Below are positions 35,346 to 44,378 of a stretch of DNA of 64,000 nucleotides, piece after piece. Every line of letters starts with the position of its first letter. Position 1 is the first letter of the stretch. Under the pieces are notes generated by a model, which was not told the origin of the DNA, searched no databases, and saw nothing but the letters and a program-made list of their open reading frames with translations. The translations under genes were made by a program, and so were the position numbers. The DNA comes from Clostridia bacterium (GTDB taxonomy: Bacteria > Bacillota > Clostridia > Oscillospirales > Acutalibacteraceae): positions 23,570 to 87,569 of the forward strand of contig JAFQJH010000009.1 in the NCBI GenBank assembly GCA_017415025.1. The letters run 5' to 3'.

Positions 35346-35566
35346 TGCCAAACGAACTTAATAAACAGATGTACGGGGATTTTTATCTTTTTACGGAATA
35401 ATTGCGTCCTTTTTATATCACAATGTTTTTTGAATTTGTAAAAATGCAAATTCCATTAAAACATTGTGATGCGGATTATTATCCCCATTCTGTTTGAGTT
35501 TGTTTGGCGACAACCGGAGTTTGCGTTTTATGTGCGTCGGCTTTGGTTGACGCACTTTTTTATTTT
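35346..35566 (+). ncRNA. Candidate structured RNA: rod-like (possibly 6S-like) sRNA, or a terminator-containing leader
   Basis: The ends pair (TGTGCCAAACGAACT with GAGTTTGTTTGGCGACA). Internal pairs are AAACAGA/TCTGTTT and GGGGAT/ATCCCC. The apical hairpin is ATCACAATGTTTT...AAAACATTGTGAT, enclosing GAATTTG/CAAATTC. An intrinsic terminator GTGCGTC/GACGCAC plus T6 lies at 35532-35561. Confidence 0.35.
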
Positions 35567-35577
35567 GGGGTGAAAGC

Positions 35578-35910
35578 GTGGATATCAACGAACTTACCGA
35601 GCTCATTCTCGATACCGAAGATGAAATGTTGCAAAGTGATATCGAAGAACCACCGATGTCAGTCAGACAAAAAAGAAACGAAAATGCATTTTTGCGCGAG
35701 GATATCGGTTTTGACTATGCCGTATTTCCCGAAGCAGATAATGCTTTTGAGCGTTTGCGTACCCGACTTTATCTTCGTTTTCCCTGTTGTCCGTGGATAT
35801 CACGGATGTACAAATCAAGAAAACGGAGAGAAGAACGTATGAAGAATTACGATTTTACTACCCCGGAAGAATTTCTCGAAGCGTGGAAGATTGCTTTTCC
35901 CGAAGAATAA
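35578..35910 (+). CDS. Hypothetical acidic protein
   Basis: 110 aa with a GTG start 5 nt after GGGGTGA. No recognisable domain, so its coding status is uncertain. Confidence 0.35.
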   Translation: MDINELTELILDTEDEMLQSDIEEPPMSVRQKRNENAFLREDIGFDYAVFPEADNAFERLRTRLYLRFPCCPWISRMYKSRKRREERMKNYDFTTPEEFLEAWKIAFPEE

Positions 35911-36255
35911 TTATTTGTTATCGTGAGCAAAGGAGCCTGAAACGGTAATAAAGATTTTTCACTGCGTTCAGAATGACACGATTGAAGATACGAACGACTT
36001 AAAAATCACATTACACCAACAAATAAAGGGAAGATTCTGCGCGAATCTTCCCTTTAGTATTTTTATTTCATCACCGCATATCCTTCACAAAGTCGGGCAT
36101 AAAACCTCCGCCGTGTATTATATTATCAAAAAATTTCTTTTCCATAGTATCAGTCCTTTTCAGGATAAAATTACTATACTTTACTTTTTACGTACTTGCA
36201 ACAGCAAAGCAAATGGGGTATAATTCTTTTATAAACTTAAAAAGCGAGGGATTTT

Positions 36256-37653
36256 ATGGAAAAGTATGATGTTTTAATCATCGGCGGCTCAACAACGGGC
36301 TGTTGGTTTGCGGACAAAATGGCGCAGACGGGCGCAAAGGTGCTTGTTATCGAAAAGCAGATGCCCGATGACGTTTCACGCGATTACGATATTTTCCACA
36401 TGGGCGAGGCGGATATGAAGCGTTTTGACCTCGACATCCCCGAAGAGGGAAATCCCGTGCGCGAATTCCGCTTTGAACATTCCAATATGATTTCTCCCTA
36501 CGGCACAATCTGCAAGCAGGGTGCTGATGCCCCCGTTATCGGTCTGCACAAGCACGATTACATAATGCTTATGGCAGAAAAGGCAAAGAGCCACGGCGCA
36601 GAAATTATTTACGGTGCAGCTTTTACCGATTTTATTTACGGGCACGGCAAAATCGTCGGTGCAAAGTACAAGACCGCTGACGGTGAGCAGGAGGTTTATG
36701 CAAAAATCGTCGCTGATTGCTCGGGTATTCCGTCCGTTGCGAGAACAAAGCTCCCCGGCACATCCGCGGTGTGCAATTTCAAGCTCACACCGAGAGACAT
36801 TTTCTACGTTGTTCTTTATTACATTAAGTATACAGACAAAAATATAAATCCGCGTGACCTTGACGGCTTCTTTATGCAATACAAGTCATGGTCCGCACCC
36901 GCAGGCAAGGATTACGATGCGATTCTCGGTATAGGCGGCAGTTATTCCTACGACTATTCCGAAGAGATTTTCAATGCGCATTATATGCGAAACGTCAGAT
37001 ATCCCGAATATACGGTTGAAAAGGTCGAAAAGGGAATGACACCTTATCACCGTTCGGTTTATTCTTTTGTTGACGACGGCTTTATTGTTATGGGTGATGC
37101 CGCTTGTCTTACAAAGCCGACCTGCGGTGAGGGATGCACCTCGTCACTCGTTCAGGCGGAGATTGCCGTTGATGTTATTTCTACACTCCTTAAGGAAAAG
37201 CTTCCGCTTTCAAAGGAGAATATGTGGAGCATCAATAAGCGTTATATGGATGCGCAGGGCAAGGATTTTGACTTTATGCGTCCGCTTCTTATGGGCATCG
37301 TTACGCTCAATTATGATGAAGCTGAATATATGTTTGAAAACGAGATTATTTTCAGCGATGCTCTCTTCAGCGGTATGGACGGTGACGACCTTAACCTGAA
37401 GCCTGCTGACGTTGCAAAATGGTTTGCAGGAATTGCAAAGGGCGTTGCAAACAAGAAAATCCGCGCATCGGCAGTCGGAAAGGTTATAAAGGGACTTAAG
37501 CAGGCGCTTGAGATTGCCGCGCTTTATGAAAAGTACCCCGAAACACCGCACGGCTTTGATGAGTGGAAGGCGAAGGCGGAGAAGAAATGGACCGAAATCG
37601 GCTCGCTTGCCGATACCTGCGACCCCGAGATTATGGAAAAATTAGGATATTGA
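36256..37653 (+). CDS. FAD-dependent oxidoreductase (geranylgeranyl-reductase-like family)
   Basis: 465 aa. N-terminal dinucleotide-binding motif YDVLIIGGSTTGCWFA...KVLVIEK. Confidence 0.75.
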   Translation: MEKYDVLIIGGSTTGCWFADKMAQTGAKVLVIEKQMPDDVSRDYDIFHMGEADMKRFDLDIPEEGNPVREFRFEHSNMISPYGTICKQGADAPVIGLHKHDYIMLMAEKAKSHGAEIIYGAAFTDFIYGHGKIVGAKYKTADGEQEVYAKIVADCSGIPSVARTKLPGTSAVCNFKLTPRDIFYVVLYYIKYTDKNINPRDLDGFFMQYKSWSAPAGKDYDAILGIGGSYSYDYSEEIFNAHYMRNVRYPEYTVEKVEKGMTPYHRSVYSFVDDGFIVMGDAACLTKPTCGEGCTSSLVQAEIAVDVISTLLKEKLPLSKENMWSINKRYMDAQGKDFDFMRPLLMGIVTLNYDEAEYMFENEIIFSDALFSGMDGDDLNLKPADVAKWFAGIAKGVANKKIRASAVGKVIKGLKQALEIAALYEKYPETPHGFDEWKAKAEKKWTEIGSLADTCDPEIMEKLGY

Positions 37654-37660
37654 TAAATCA

Positions 37661-37692
37661 GGGAACAAATCGGAAACGGTTTGTTCCTTTTT
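37661..37692 (+). terminator. Intrinsic terminator after the FAD oxidoreductase gene
   Basis: GGAACAAA/TTTGTTCC hairpin followed by a T-run. Confidence 0.65.
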
Positions 37693-37741
37693 CGGGTGAC
37701 GATAATAGTGAAGATGTGAGTGGCTGTGCGCGCTTTGTATA

Positions 37742-38010
37742 GCACAATTTACAGTTGGTGAGTAGGGGCAGGTATCATCTGCCGTTGTTTTTGCTGAATC
37801 TTCGGCACGTTGCAAGCGCCGTGCCCTACAAAACAATTTTTAATCTGCTCGATAAATTGGAGTTTATCGGGATATTTGCAATAAGCCGCGTAGGGACGGG
37901 CGTCCTCGACCGTCCTGAAAAAAGCAGAATCCACGGATGGTCCGGGAGGCCCATCCCTACACGCACAAAGTTTGTTTGTGCAATTTTTACTCCCCGACAA
38001 ATTAAAATTT
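37742..38010 (+). repeat. Mosaic intergenic repeat, copy C (shortened variant)
   Basis: Retains GTAGGGGCAGGTATCATCTGCC, GGCACGTTGCAAGCGCCGTGCCCTAC, the CGATAAATTGGAGTTTATCG module and the terminal CCCCGACAAATTAAAATTT. It adds a new GTAG doublet: GTAGGGACGG...CCGTCC and GGATGG...CCATCCCTAC. Confidence 0.85.
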
Positions 38011-38059
38011 ACAGCCTTCTTTTCGTTACAACGGTTAATTGTAAAATTTTCTTAAAGTG

Positions 38060-38089
38060 TTGAGATTTGGCAGGGGATAGTGGTATAAT
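38060..38089 (+). promoter_or_regulatory. Promoter upstream of the SEDS gene
   Basis: TTGAGA, 18 nt spacer, TGGTATAAT (extended -10). Confidence 0.45.
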
Positions 38090-38121
38090 GATTATATATA
38101 TCTTAAAAAGGAGGGCAGACC

Positions 38122-39702
38122 GTGAGCAACGAAAACCTTAACAAGCGTTTTAATTGGGGATTGATGATGATTATCGTCACCGCCTTTCAGGCTCTGACGT
38201 CAACCGTTGTTATTGTCAAGGGTGAAGTAAACCTGAAGCTTCTTGCGGTTTTTGCCGCTTATATCGCCGCCGAATGGATTTACTTTTTTATTGCGTCCAA
38301 CTTCTGCGGTCAGAATAACTTTGAGCTTGAAACAATCGGCTTTCTTTTTTCGGGAATCGGGCTGACGGTTTGCGCGAGCGTTTATGACGATTATGCCCTT
38401 AAGCAGGCGGTTTCAATTCTGCTCGGTCTTTTTGTGTTTATCTTCCTGCTGCTTGTTCTGCGGCGCACGGATATCGTAATGAAGCTGCGTATGCCTGTTG
38501 CCTTCGCCGCTGTCGGTCTGCTTGCGGTCAATCTCCTGCTTGCGGAGTACAACAACGGCGCACTCAACTGGATTACGATTGCAGGCTTCTCAATTCAGCC
38601 GTCGGAGCTTGTCAAGCTCGCGTTCATCTTTGTCGGCGCGGCTTCGCTGGACAAGCTTCAGAGCACAAAGAGTCTTACAAAATATCTTATATTCTGTCTC
38701 GGCTGTGTCGGTGCACTCTTCCTTATGCGCGACTTCGGCACGGCACTCATCTTCTTTTTCACATTTATGATAATTGCGTTTATGCGCTCGGGCGACGTAA
38801 GAACGATTGCACTCGTCTGCGTTGCGGCGGCGCTCGGCGCGATTATGATTATCTATTTCCGCCCGACTGTTGCGGCGCGTTTTTCGACATACCGCCACAT
38901 CTGGGAGCAGATTAACGGTGCGGGTATGCAGCAGACGCGCGTACTCATTTATTCCGCGAGCGGCGGACTTTTCGGTCTGGGTATCGGCAACGGCAAGCTC
39001 AAGGGAGTCTACGCTTCAACCACCGACCTCATTTTCGGTATGCTTTGTGAGGAGTGGGGAATGATTGTTGCCTTCCTTATTGTCCTGACCTACGTTTTTA
39101 TTCTTCTTTATGCTATCAAGGTTGCGCGCACAACACGCTCGGCTTTCTATGCAATCGCTGCTTGTGCCGCGGCGGGACTTATGCTTTTCCAGACGGCGCT
39201 CAACATCTTCGGCGTTACGGACATTCTTCCGCTGACGGGTGTTACTCTGCCCTTTATCAGCCGAGGCGGCTCGAGTATGATTTGCTCGTGGGGACTTCTC
39301 GCCTTCATCAAGGCGGCGGATATCCGCACATATCCGAAGCTCTCAAAAACAATTCTGCCCGACCATCCGCTTTATCCGCCCGATATTAAAATCGGCAAGC
39401 GTTCAACACGTCCGACACGCCGTCAGGTTTCCGTTCCGAGAGTTGTCGGCGATCCGATAAATCAAAAGCCGTCGTCACAGAGCACGGCAAGAAAAACAAC
39501 TGCACAGACTAAAACAACAGCCCGTTCAACGGCAAAGGATATTCCCGTCAGCAGACAGACGACGGCACGGAAAAAGACGGCGGCTTCTTCACCGCAACGT
39601 ACAACGTCGGCAAGAAGCACGGGCACGGCTAAACGTACAACAGCCGCAAAGGATATTCCGATAAGCCGCAAAGCATCCTCAAACGGGAGGGCAAAACGAT
39701 GA
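38122..39702 (+). CDS. SEDS-family peptidoglycan polymerase (RodA/FtsW) with long basic C-terminal tail
   Basis: 526 aa. Polytopic core with SEDS hallmarks (QPSELVKLAFI, LPFISRGGSSM). The last ~120 aa are T/A/R/K-rich low complexity with a repeated AKDIP(V/I)SR. Confidence 0.85.
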   Translation: MSNENLNKRFNWGLMMIIVTAFQALTSTVVIVKGEVNLKLLAVFAAYIAAEWIYFFIASNFCGQNNFELETIGFLFSGIGLTVCASVYDDYALKQAVSILLGLFVFIFLLLVLRRTDIVMKLRMPVAFAAVGLLAVNLLLAEYNNGALNWITIAGFSIQPSELVKLAFIFVGAASLDKLQSTKSLTKYLIFCLGCVGALFLMRDFGTALIFFFTFMIIAFMRSGDVRTIALVCVAAALGAIMIIYFRPTVAARFSTYRHIWEQINGAGMQQTRVLIYSASGGLFGLGIGNGKLKGVYASTTDLIFGMLCEEWGMIVAFLIVLTYVFILLYAIKVARTTRSAFYAIAACAAAGLMLFQTALNIFGVTDILPLTGVTLPFISRGGSSMICSWGLLAFIKAADIRTYPKLSKTILPDHPLYPPDIKIGKRSTRPTRRQVSVPRVVGDPINQKPSSQSTARKTTAQTKTTARSTAKDIPVSRQTTARKKTAASSPQRTTSARSTGTAKRTTAAKDIPISRKASSNGRAKR

Positions 39703-41069
39703 ATAATACAACAAAAAGAGCCTACGTGCTTTATGCTTTTATCCTCGCGTTTATGGTCGGACTCGGCATAATGGTATGGTCGTTTTACACGAACGGCGGA
39801 GAATGGACCTCCAATCTTGTCAACAAGCACATCTATTCTAACGGACAGATTGCGAATGCAGGTGCGGTTTATGACTGTAACGGCATTGCTCTTGCTTTCA
39901 GCGAGGACGGCGTAAGAAAGTATCACAAAAGTGAAACGGTGCGCAAGGCGACTCTCCACGCTGTCGGCGACCAATCCTCGTTCATTGCAACGGGTGTTCA
40001 GTCAATTTACAGCTCCCGTCTCTCGGGCTACGATTTTGTAAACGGTGTTTATAATCTTAAAAAGTATAACCGCGGAAATGATATCAACCTTACGCTTGAT
40101 TCGGAAATCTGCAAAGTCGCATACAACGCGATGAACGGCAGGAAGGGTACGATAGGTGTATACAATTACAAAACGGGCGAAATCGTGTGTATGGTTTCCG
40201 CGCCGACTTATGACCCGATTAACAAGCCCAAGAATATGGACGGTAACGAAAAATATGAGGGCGTTTACCTCAACCGTTTCCTTTCGGGTGTCTACACTCC
40301 CGGCTCGACCTTCAAGGTTATAACCGCAATCTGCGCGCTGCAGAATATTCCCGATATTGAAGACCGCACCTTCACCTGCACGGGTAAGTACCACACGGAT
40401 TCGGGTGACGTTATCTGCAACTCAACGCACGGTACTGTCAGCTTTGAAAGAGCCTTTAACCGTTCCTGTAACAGTGCGTTTGCCCAGCTTGCAATTGAGC
40501 TCGGCAGAGAAAAGCTGATGACAACCGCAGGTCAGCTCGGCTTCGGGGCAAAGGATTATATGGGCGAAATCCCGATAACAAAAAGCTCCTTTGACGTCAG
40601 CAACACCAAGGACGTTGACCTCGGCTGGGCGGGAATCGGTCAGTACACAACACTTGTCAATCCCTGTCAGATGCTCACGATTATGGGCGCAATCGCAAAC
40701 GGAGGAGTTGCGGTAAAGCCCTATTTCGTCAAGGACATCATTTCTCCCTCGGGCGAAATTACCGTAGAGGGCGAAACCGAGCAAAGCGGTCTGATAACTC
40801 TCGACAAGGCGGTCGCCGACCGTATGAGGGAGCTTATGAGGTCGAATGTCGTCAATTATTATTCGGATTCAAGCTTCCCCGGACTTAAAATGTGCGGAAA
40901 AACAGGAACGGCACAGATTGATGACGGAGAGCCTCATTCCTGGTTTGTAGGCTTCTCAATCGACCCCGAAACACCATATGCTGTGGTCTGTGTTGCAGAA
41001 AATTCTGGATCTGGTCTTTCGGGTGCAGGCAAGATTGTGAACAAGGTTATGCAGGCAATTTGTAAATAA
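39699..41069 (+). CDS. Class B penicillin-binding protein (transpeptidase), PbpA-like
   Basis: 456 aa. Its start overlaps the SEDS stop by 4 nt. SxxK (GSTFK), SxN (SCNSAF), KTG (GKTGTA). Confidence 0.85.
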   Translation: MNNTTKRAYVLYAFILAFMVGLGIMVWSFYTNGGEWTSNLVNKHIYSNGQIANAGAVYDCNGIALAFSEDGVRKYHKSETVRKATLHAVGDQSSFIATGVQSIYSSRLSGYDFVNGVYNLKKYNRGNDINLTLDSEICKVAYNAMNGRKGTIGVYNYKTGEIVCMVSAPTYDPINKPKNMDGNEKYEGVYLNRFLSGVYTPGSTFKVITAICALQNIPDIEDRTFTCTGKYHTDSGDVICNSTHGTVSFERAFNRSCNSAFAQLAIELGREKLMTTAGQLGFGAKDYMGEIPITKSSFDVSNTKDVDLGWAGIGQYTTLVNPCQMLTIMGAIANGGVAVKPYFVKDIISPSGEITVEGETEQSGLITLDKAVADRMRELMRSNVVNYYSDSSFPGLKMCGKTGTAQIDDGEPHSWFVGFSIDPETPYAVVCVAENSGSGLSGAGKIVNKVMQAICK

Positions 41070-41232
41070 AATAAAGTTTACAAAAAGTTTGTTTATTTTC
41101 TTTTTTAGAATTATAAAATATAACTCTTGTGCTAATATATAGAAAATACGTTACTCTCGCTGTCAATTCAGTAAAAAGTGACGTAAAAAAATAAGCGTGA
41201 AAACGCAAATCAAAGAAAAGGAGAAATCTATT

Positions 41233-42030
41233 ATGAAAAAGATTTTAGCAATCCTTCTCGCTGCACTTATGGTTTTCACTCTCGGCGTTACAGCTTTTGC
41301 TGAGGGCGAGGAAGAGAACACAGGTATTCTTCTTCCCGATTTCCCGACACAGACAGAGGGTCAGATCATCTTTGCAAGTGAGAACACACACGTTGAAGCA
41401 GGCGGCGTTTATGACATCCCTGTTTACCTCGTATCAGATTACACATCAGAGCTTTGCGCAGATGCTGAGTACATCCTTATTGGTATGAACATCACTCTCA
41501 TCGGTCAGGCTTTTGATGCAAACCTTATGACAATCACAGCTATCACTCCTTCTGCAGAGGTTCAGGCTCTTGCAGGCTATCAGCTTTTCGGTGCTGATGT
41601 TGTTGATATGTATCTTAACACATTCAACTTCATGGTTACAGATACAAGCATCCTTCATCAGGAAAAGCTTCCTCTCGCTTATGTAACAGTTGAGGTTTCT
41701 CCTGAGTACACAGGCTACAACGAGGACGGCTCAGAGATGGATTGCCAGCTTGAGATCGGTGCAGCACAGTGGGATAACTACCGTGATACTGCTTACACAT
41801 TTTATGCAGCATCACAGGTTGAAATCTGTAATGATACAACTATGGAGTATGACCTTCTTGACATCAACGCAGGCGTTGTTTCTGTTGTTGCAGGTCACGT
41901 TATCGTAACTCCTCCGGTTCCCACATGGCAGGATAGACTTAAGGCTTGGGCTATCGAGCAGGCTATTAAGATCCTCACATTCTTCCAGGGTATCACAGAA
42001 GTTCTTCTTGGTCTCCTTCCGACTCTTTAA
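41233..42030 (+). CDS. Secreted protein, unknown function (possibly cohesin-like beta domain) with hydrophobic C-terminus
   Basis: Start moved to ATG 41233, which follows AAGGAG. Signal peptide MKKILAILLAALMVFTLGVTAFA. Hydrophobic C-terminal segment ILTFFQGITEVLLGLLPTL. Confidence 0.55.
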   Translation: MKKILAILLAALMVFTLGVTAFAEGEEENTGILLPDFPTQTEGQIIFASENTHVEAGGVYDIPVYLVSDYTSELCADAEYILIGMNITLIGQAFDANLMTITAITPSAEVQALAGYQLFGADVVDMYLNTFNFMVTDTSILHQEKLPLAYVTVEVSPEYTGYNEDGSEMDCQLEIGAAQWDNYRDTAYTFYAASQVEICNDTTMEYDLLDINAGVVSVVAGHVIVTPPVPTWQDRLKAWAIEQAIKILTFFQGITEVLLGLLPTL

Positions 42031-42050
42031 TCCTTAAGATTAAATACATA

Positions 42051-42082
42051 AAGGCAGTGTGAAAACACTGCCTTTTCTTTTT
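42051..42082 (+). terminator. Intrinsic terminator
   Basis: AAGGCAGTGT-GAAA-ACACTGCCTT followed by a T-run. Confidence 0.75.
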
Positions 42083-42095
42083 ATATCCCCTAGCC

Positions 42096-42130
42096 CTGAA
42101 AAAAGGAGCTGTAATTTTTACAGCTCCTTA
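42096..42130 (-). terminator. Intrinsic terminator after galM
   Basis: AAGGAGCTGTA/TACAGCTCCTT hairpin, followed by T6 on the minus strand. Confidence 0.7.
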
Positions 42131-42135
42131 CTGTT

Positions 42136-43182
42136 TTATTTTTCAACGCTGATTCTGAACATCGTTGTGGATTCAAATTTCTCTCCTGCTTTGAAAACAC
42201 AGCTCGGGAAATTCGGCTGATTCGGTGAATCGGGATAGAACTGGGTCTCAAGACAGAAGCCTGCGTGCTTAACAATCGGCATTCCGCCCTTGCCGATAAC
42301 CGTGCCGTCAAGGAAGTTACCCGTATAAAGCTGGACGCCGGGAAGGTCAGTGAACATCTCGAGCTTTCTTCCGCTGACACTTTCCTTAACCGTAACGTCA
42401 GCCTCGCCGTCCTTACCGTCAAGGCAGAAGTTGTGGTCATAACCCTTTGCAAGAATCAACTGCTCATCGTTATCGTTGATGCGCTTTCCGATTGTGCACG
42501 GAGTTCTGAAATCAAATGCCGTTCCCTCAACCGCGCGGATTTCGCCCGTCGGGATTGAATCTGCATCAATCGGTGTGTAGTGGGAAGCGTTCATCTGCAT
42601 CTCGTGGTCGAGAACGTCGCTTATCGCTGAGCCGTTGAGGTTGAAATAAACGTGGTTTGTGAAATTTATCACGGTGTCCTTGTCGCAGACGGCGGAATAC
42701 GCAATCACCACTCTGTTATCGTCGGTCAGAGAATATGTAACCTTTGCTGTGAGATTGCCATCAAAGCCTGCCGTGCCGTCGGGACTAGTGTAAGAAAACT
42801 CAACAGCGTTCGTGTCAATTACGATTGCATTCCATACTGCATCGGAAAATTCTCCTGCGCTGTGAAGGCAGGTTTTGTCCTTCTCGTTCTGCGTGAGCTG
42901 ATAATTTTTATCTCCGAGAGAGAAAGCGCCGTTAGCGATTCTGTTAGCATATCTGCCGACAACCTTACCCTGATAGTCGGTGAAATTAAGATGACCGTAA
43001 AGACTGTCAAAGCCGACTGTGATATCGCTGATTCTGCCGAATTTGTCGGGCGCATAGAGGGCCTGAAGCGTTGCGCCGAGATTGATAAGCTGGAGCGTAA
43101 CGTTGTTATCGTTTGTTATTGAATAAAGCTTGACTTCCTTGCCGTCGGGCATAAAGCCGTAATGTGAAATATTAATTTTCAT
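42136..43182 (-). CDS. galM: Aldose 1-epimerase (galactose mutarotase)
   Basis: ORF 42136..43365 trimmed to ATG 43182, which follows AAGGAGGAC. The upstream extension overlaps the preceding gene. MKINISHYGF..., NLGATLQAL, HSAGEF... and FCLETQ are typical mutarotase motifs. Confidence 0.85.
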   Translation of the reverse strand: MKINISHYGFMPDGKEVKLYSITNDNNVTLQLINLGATLQALYAPDKFGRISDITVGFDSLYGHLNFTDYQGKVVGRYANRIANGAFSLGDKNYQLTQNEKDKTCLHSAGEFSDAVWNAIVIDTNAVEFSYTSPDGTAGFDGNLTAKVTYSLTDDNRVVIAYSAVCDKDTVINFTNHVYFNLNGSAISDVLDHEMQMNASHYTPIDADSIPTGEIRAVEGTAFDFRTPCTIGKRINDNDEQLILAKGYDHNFCLDGKDGEADVTVKESVSGRKLEMFTDLPGVQLYTGNFLDGTVIGKGGMPIVKHAGFCLETQFYPDSPNQPNFPSCVFKAGEKFESTTMFRISVEK

Positions 43183-43195
43183 AAAAAAGTCCTCC

Positions 43196-44368
43196 TTACA
43201 TCTGGTCCGCACTGAAAATGAAAGCAGGGAGCGGGAACCACTGCTGTGCCGCGCCGTTGAGCTTTTCGCGCTCATAGGTGAAGTTGGAAAGGAACGCGCG
43301 CGTTGCCTCGGTGTGGCTGAATTCGATTTCGGGCTCGCCGTCAAATTTTTCGACGCTGACCTCATTGTTGCAAACCGCGATTTTCAGCTTCTCGTCAGCC
43401 TTTTTGCCGTGGATGAGAACCGTCAGCTCGCCGTCAGCAAGCTTGGTGTAGCTTGCCTTTGCCTTAAGATAAGCGCGGAGCACCTTTTCGTAGTTATAGA
43501 CAAGGATAGATTCACATCCTCCGACGGAAATGTTTTCCGAATTGACGGTGAAAAATCCGTGCTTTTCTTTGTCAAAGGGAGCGGCATTGAAGCGGACGGA
43601 GTCCTTTCCGCTTATTTCAAGAGCGGCAAGTGCGAGCTCTGCGTAATACTCGTTTTTAGTTACTGCGCACTCTGAAATCCACTCGTAGCTGTAACCCATA
43701 AGGAAGTAGCCTGCAAATTCGTCACCGTCGTAGAGGACATAGGGAGTGTGTCTCCAGGAGGTGATTATTCTGTAATAATCCTTGTGCGGACGGCTCGCCT
43801 TGATGACGTTTTTCTGATAAAGCTCATCAATCTTTGCGATTGCTTCAAGGTCATTTTCCTTGAGCTTTTCAGCGCGGAGAGTTGATTTTCTTGAGCCGAA
43901 GATATGCTTTGCAGTTTTCTTGTTAAATTCAAAATTATACGAAACACCCGAGGTCTCGAAGCCGAAATAACCGTAACGCTGACGCTGACCGCCGAGATAA
44001 GCGATGTCAGCACCCTTTTCTGCCATATCCTTGACGCTCATTTCCATAAGGTCAACCATATAGCCCTTTGAGCGGTACTCGACGCCGACCGCAACGTTGC
44101 CGATACAGCAAGCCTTCACAGCCTCGCCGCAGACGTCCAGGTCAACATAAAAATTGCCGACAGCCGCACGGAAGTTTCCGTTTTCCTCCTGAACGACAAA
44201 GTTGTTGTAAGCAGGTCTGTATTCGTCGTGATAAATTTTAGGTAAGATAGAGACAAAGTCACGCTTTGTTTCCTCGTCGTCGTCAATGAAGAAAACCTCG
44301 TCAAGAAAAGCAATAAGCTTTTTGTTGTCGCAGTCCTTGCCTCTGCCGTAATAAAGTTTCTCGTCCAT
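43196..44368 (-). CDS. GNAT-family N-acetyltransferase, Eis-like (GNAT + SCP2-like C-terminus)
   Basis: 390 aa. VAVGVEYRSKGYMVDLMEMSV...YLGGQRQRYGYFGFE. Confidence 0.7.
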   Translation of the reverse strand: MDEKLYYGRGKDCDNKKLIAFLDEVFFIDDDEETKRDFVSILPKIYHDEYRPAYNNFVVQEENGNFRAAVGNFYVDLDVCGEAVKACCIGNVAVGVEYRSKGYMVDLMEMSVKDMAEKGADIAYLGGQRQRYGYFGFETSGVSYNFEFNKKTAKHIFGSRKSTLRAEKLKENDLEAIAKIDELYQKNVIKASRPHKDYYRIITSWRHTPYVLYDGDEFAGYFLMGYSYEWISECAVTKNEYYAELALAALEISGKDSVRFNAAPFDKEKHGFFTVNSENISVGGCESILVYNYEKVLRAYLKAKASYTKLADGELTVLIHGKKADEKLKIAVCNNEVSVEKFDGEPEIEFSHTEATRAFLSNFTYEREKLNGAAQQWFPLPAFIFSADQM

Positions 44369-44378
44369 AGTCTACTCC

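Noticed and set aside
43183-43365. 61-codon N-terminal extension of the galM ORF (track 42136..43365)
   Set aside because: The extension overlaps the 3' end of the GNAT gene, is Ser/Arg-rich nonsense and lacks an RBS. ATG 43182 has a perfect AAGGAGG and starts the conserved MKINISHYGF mutarotase N-terminus.
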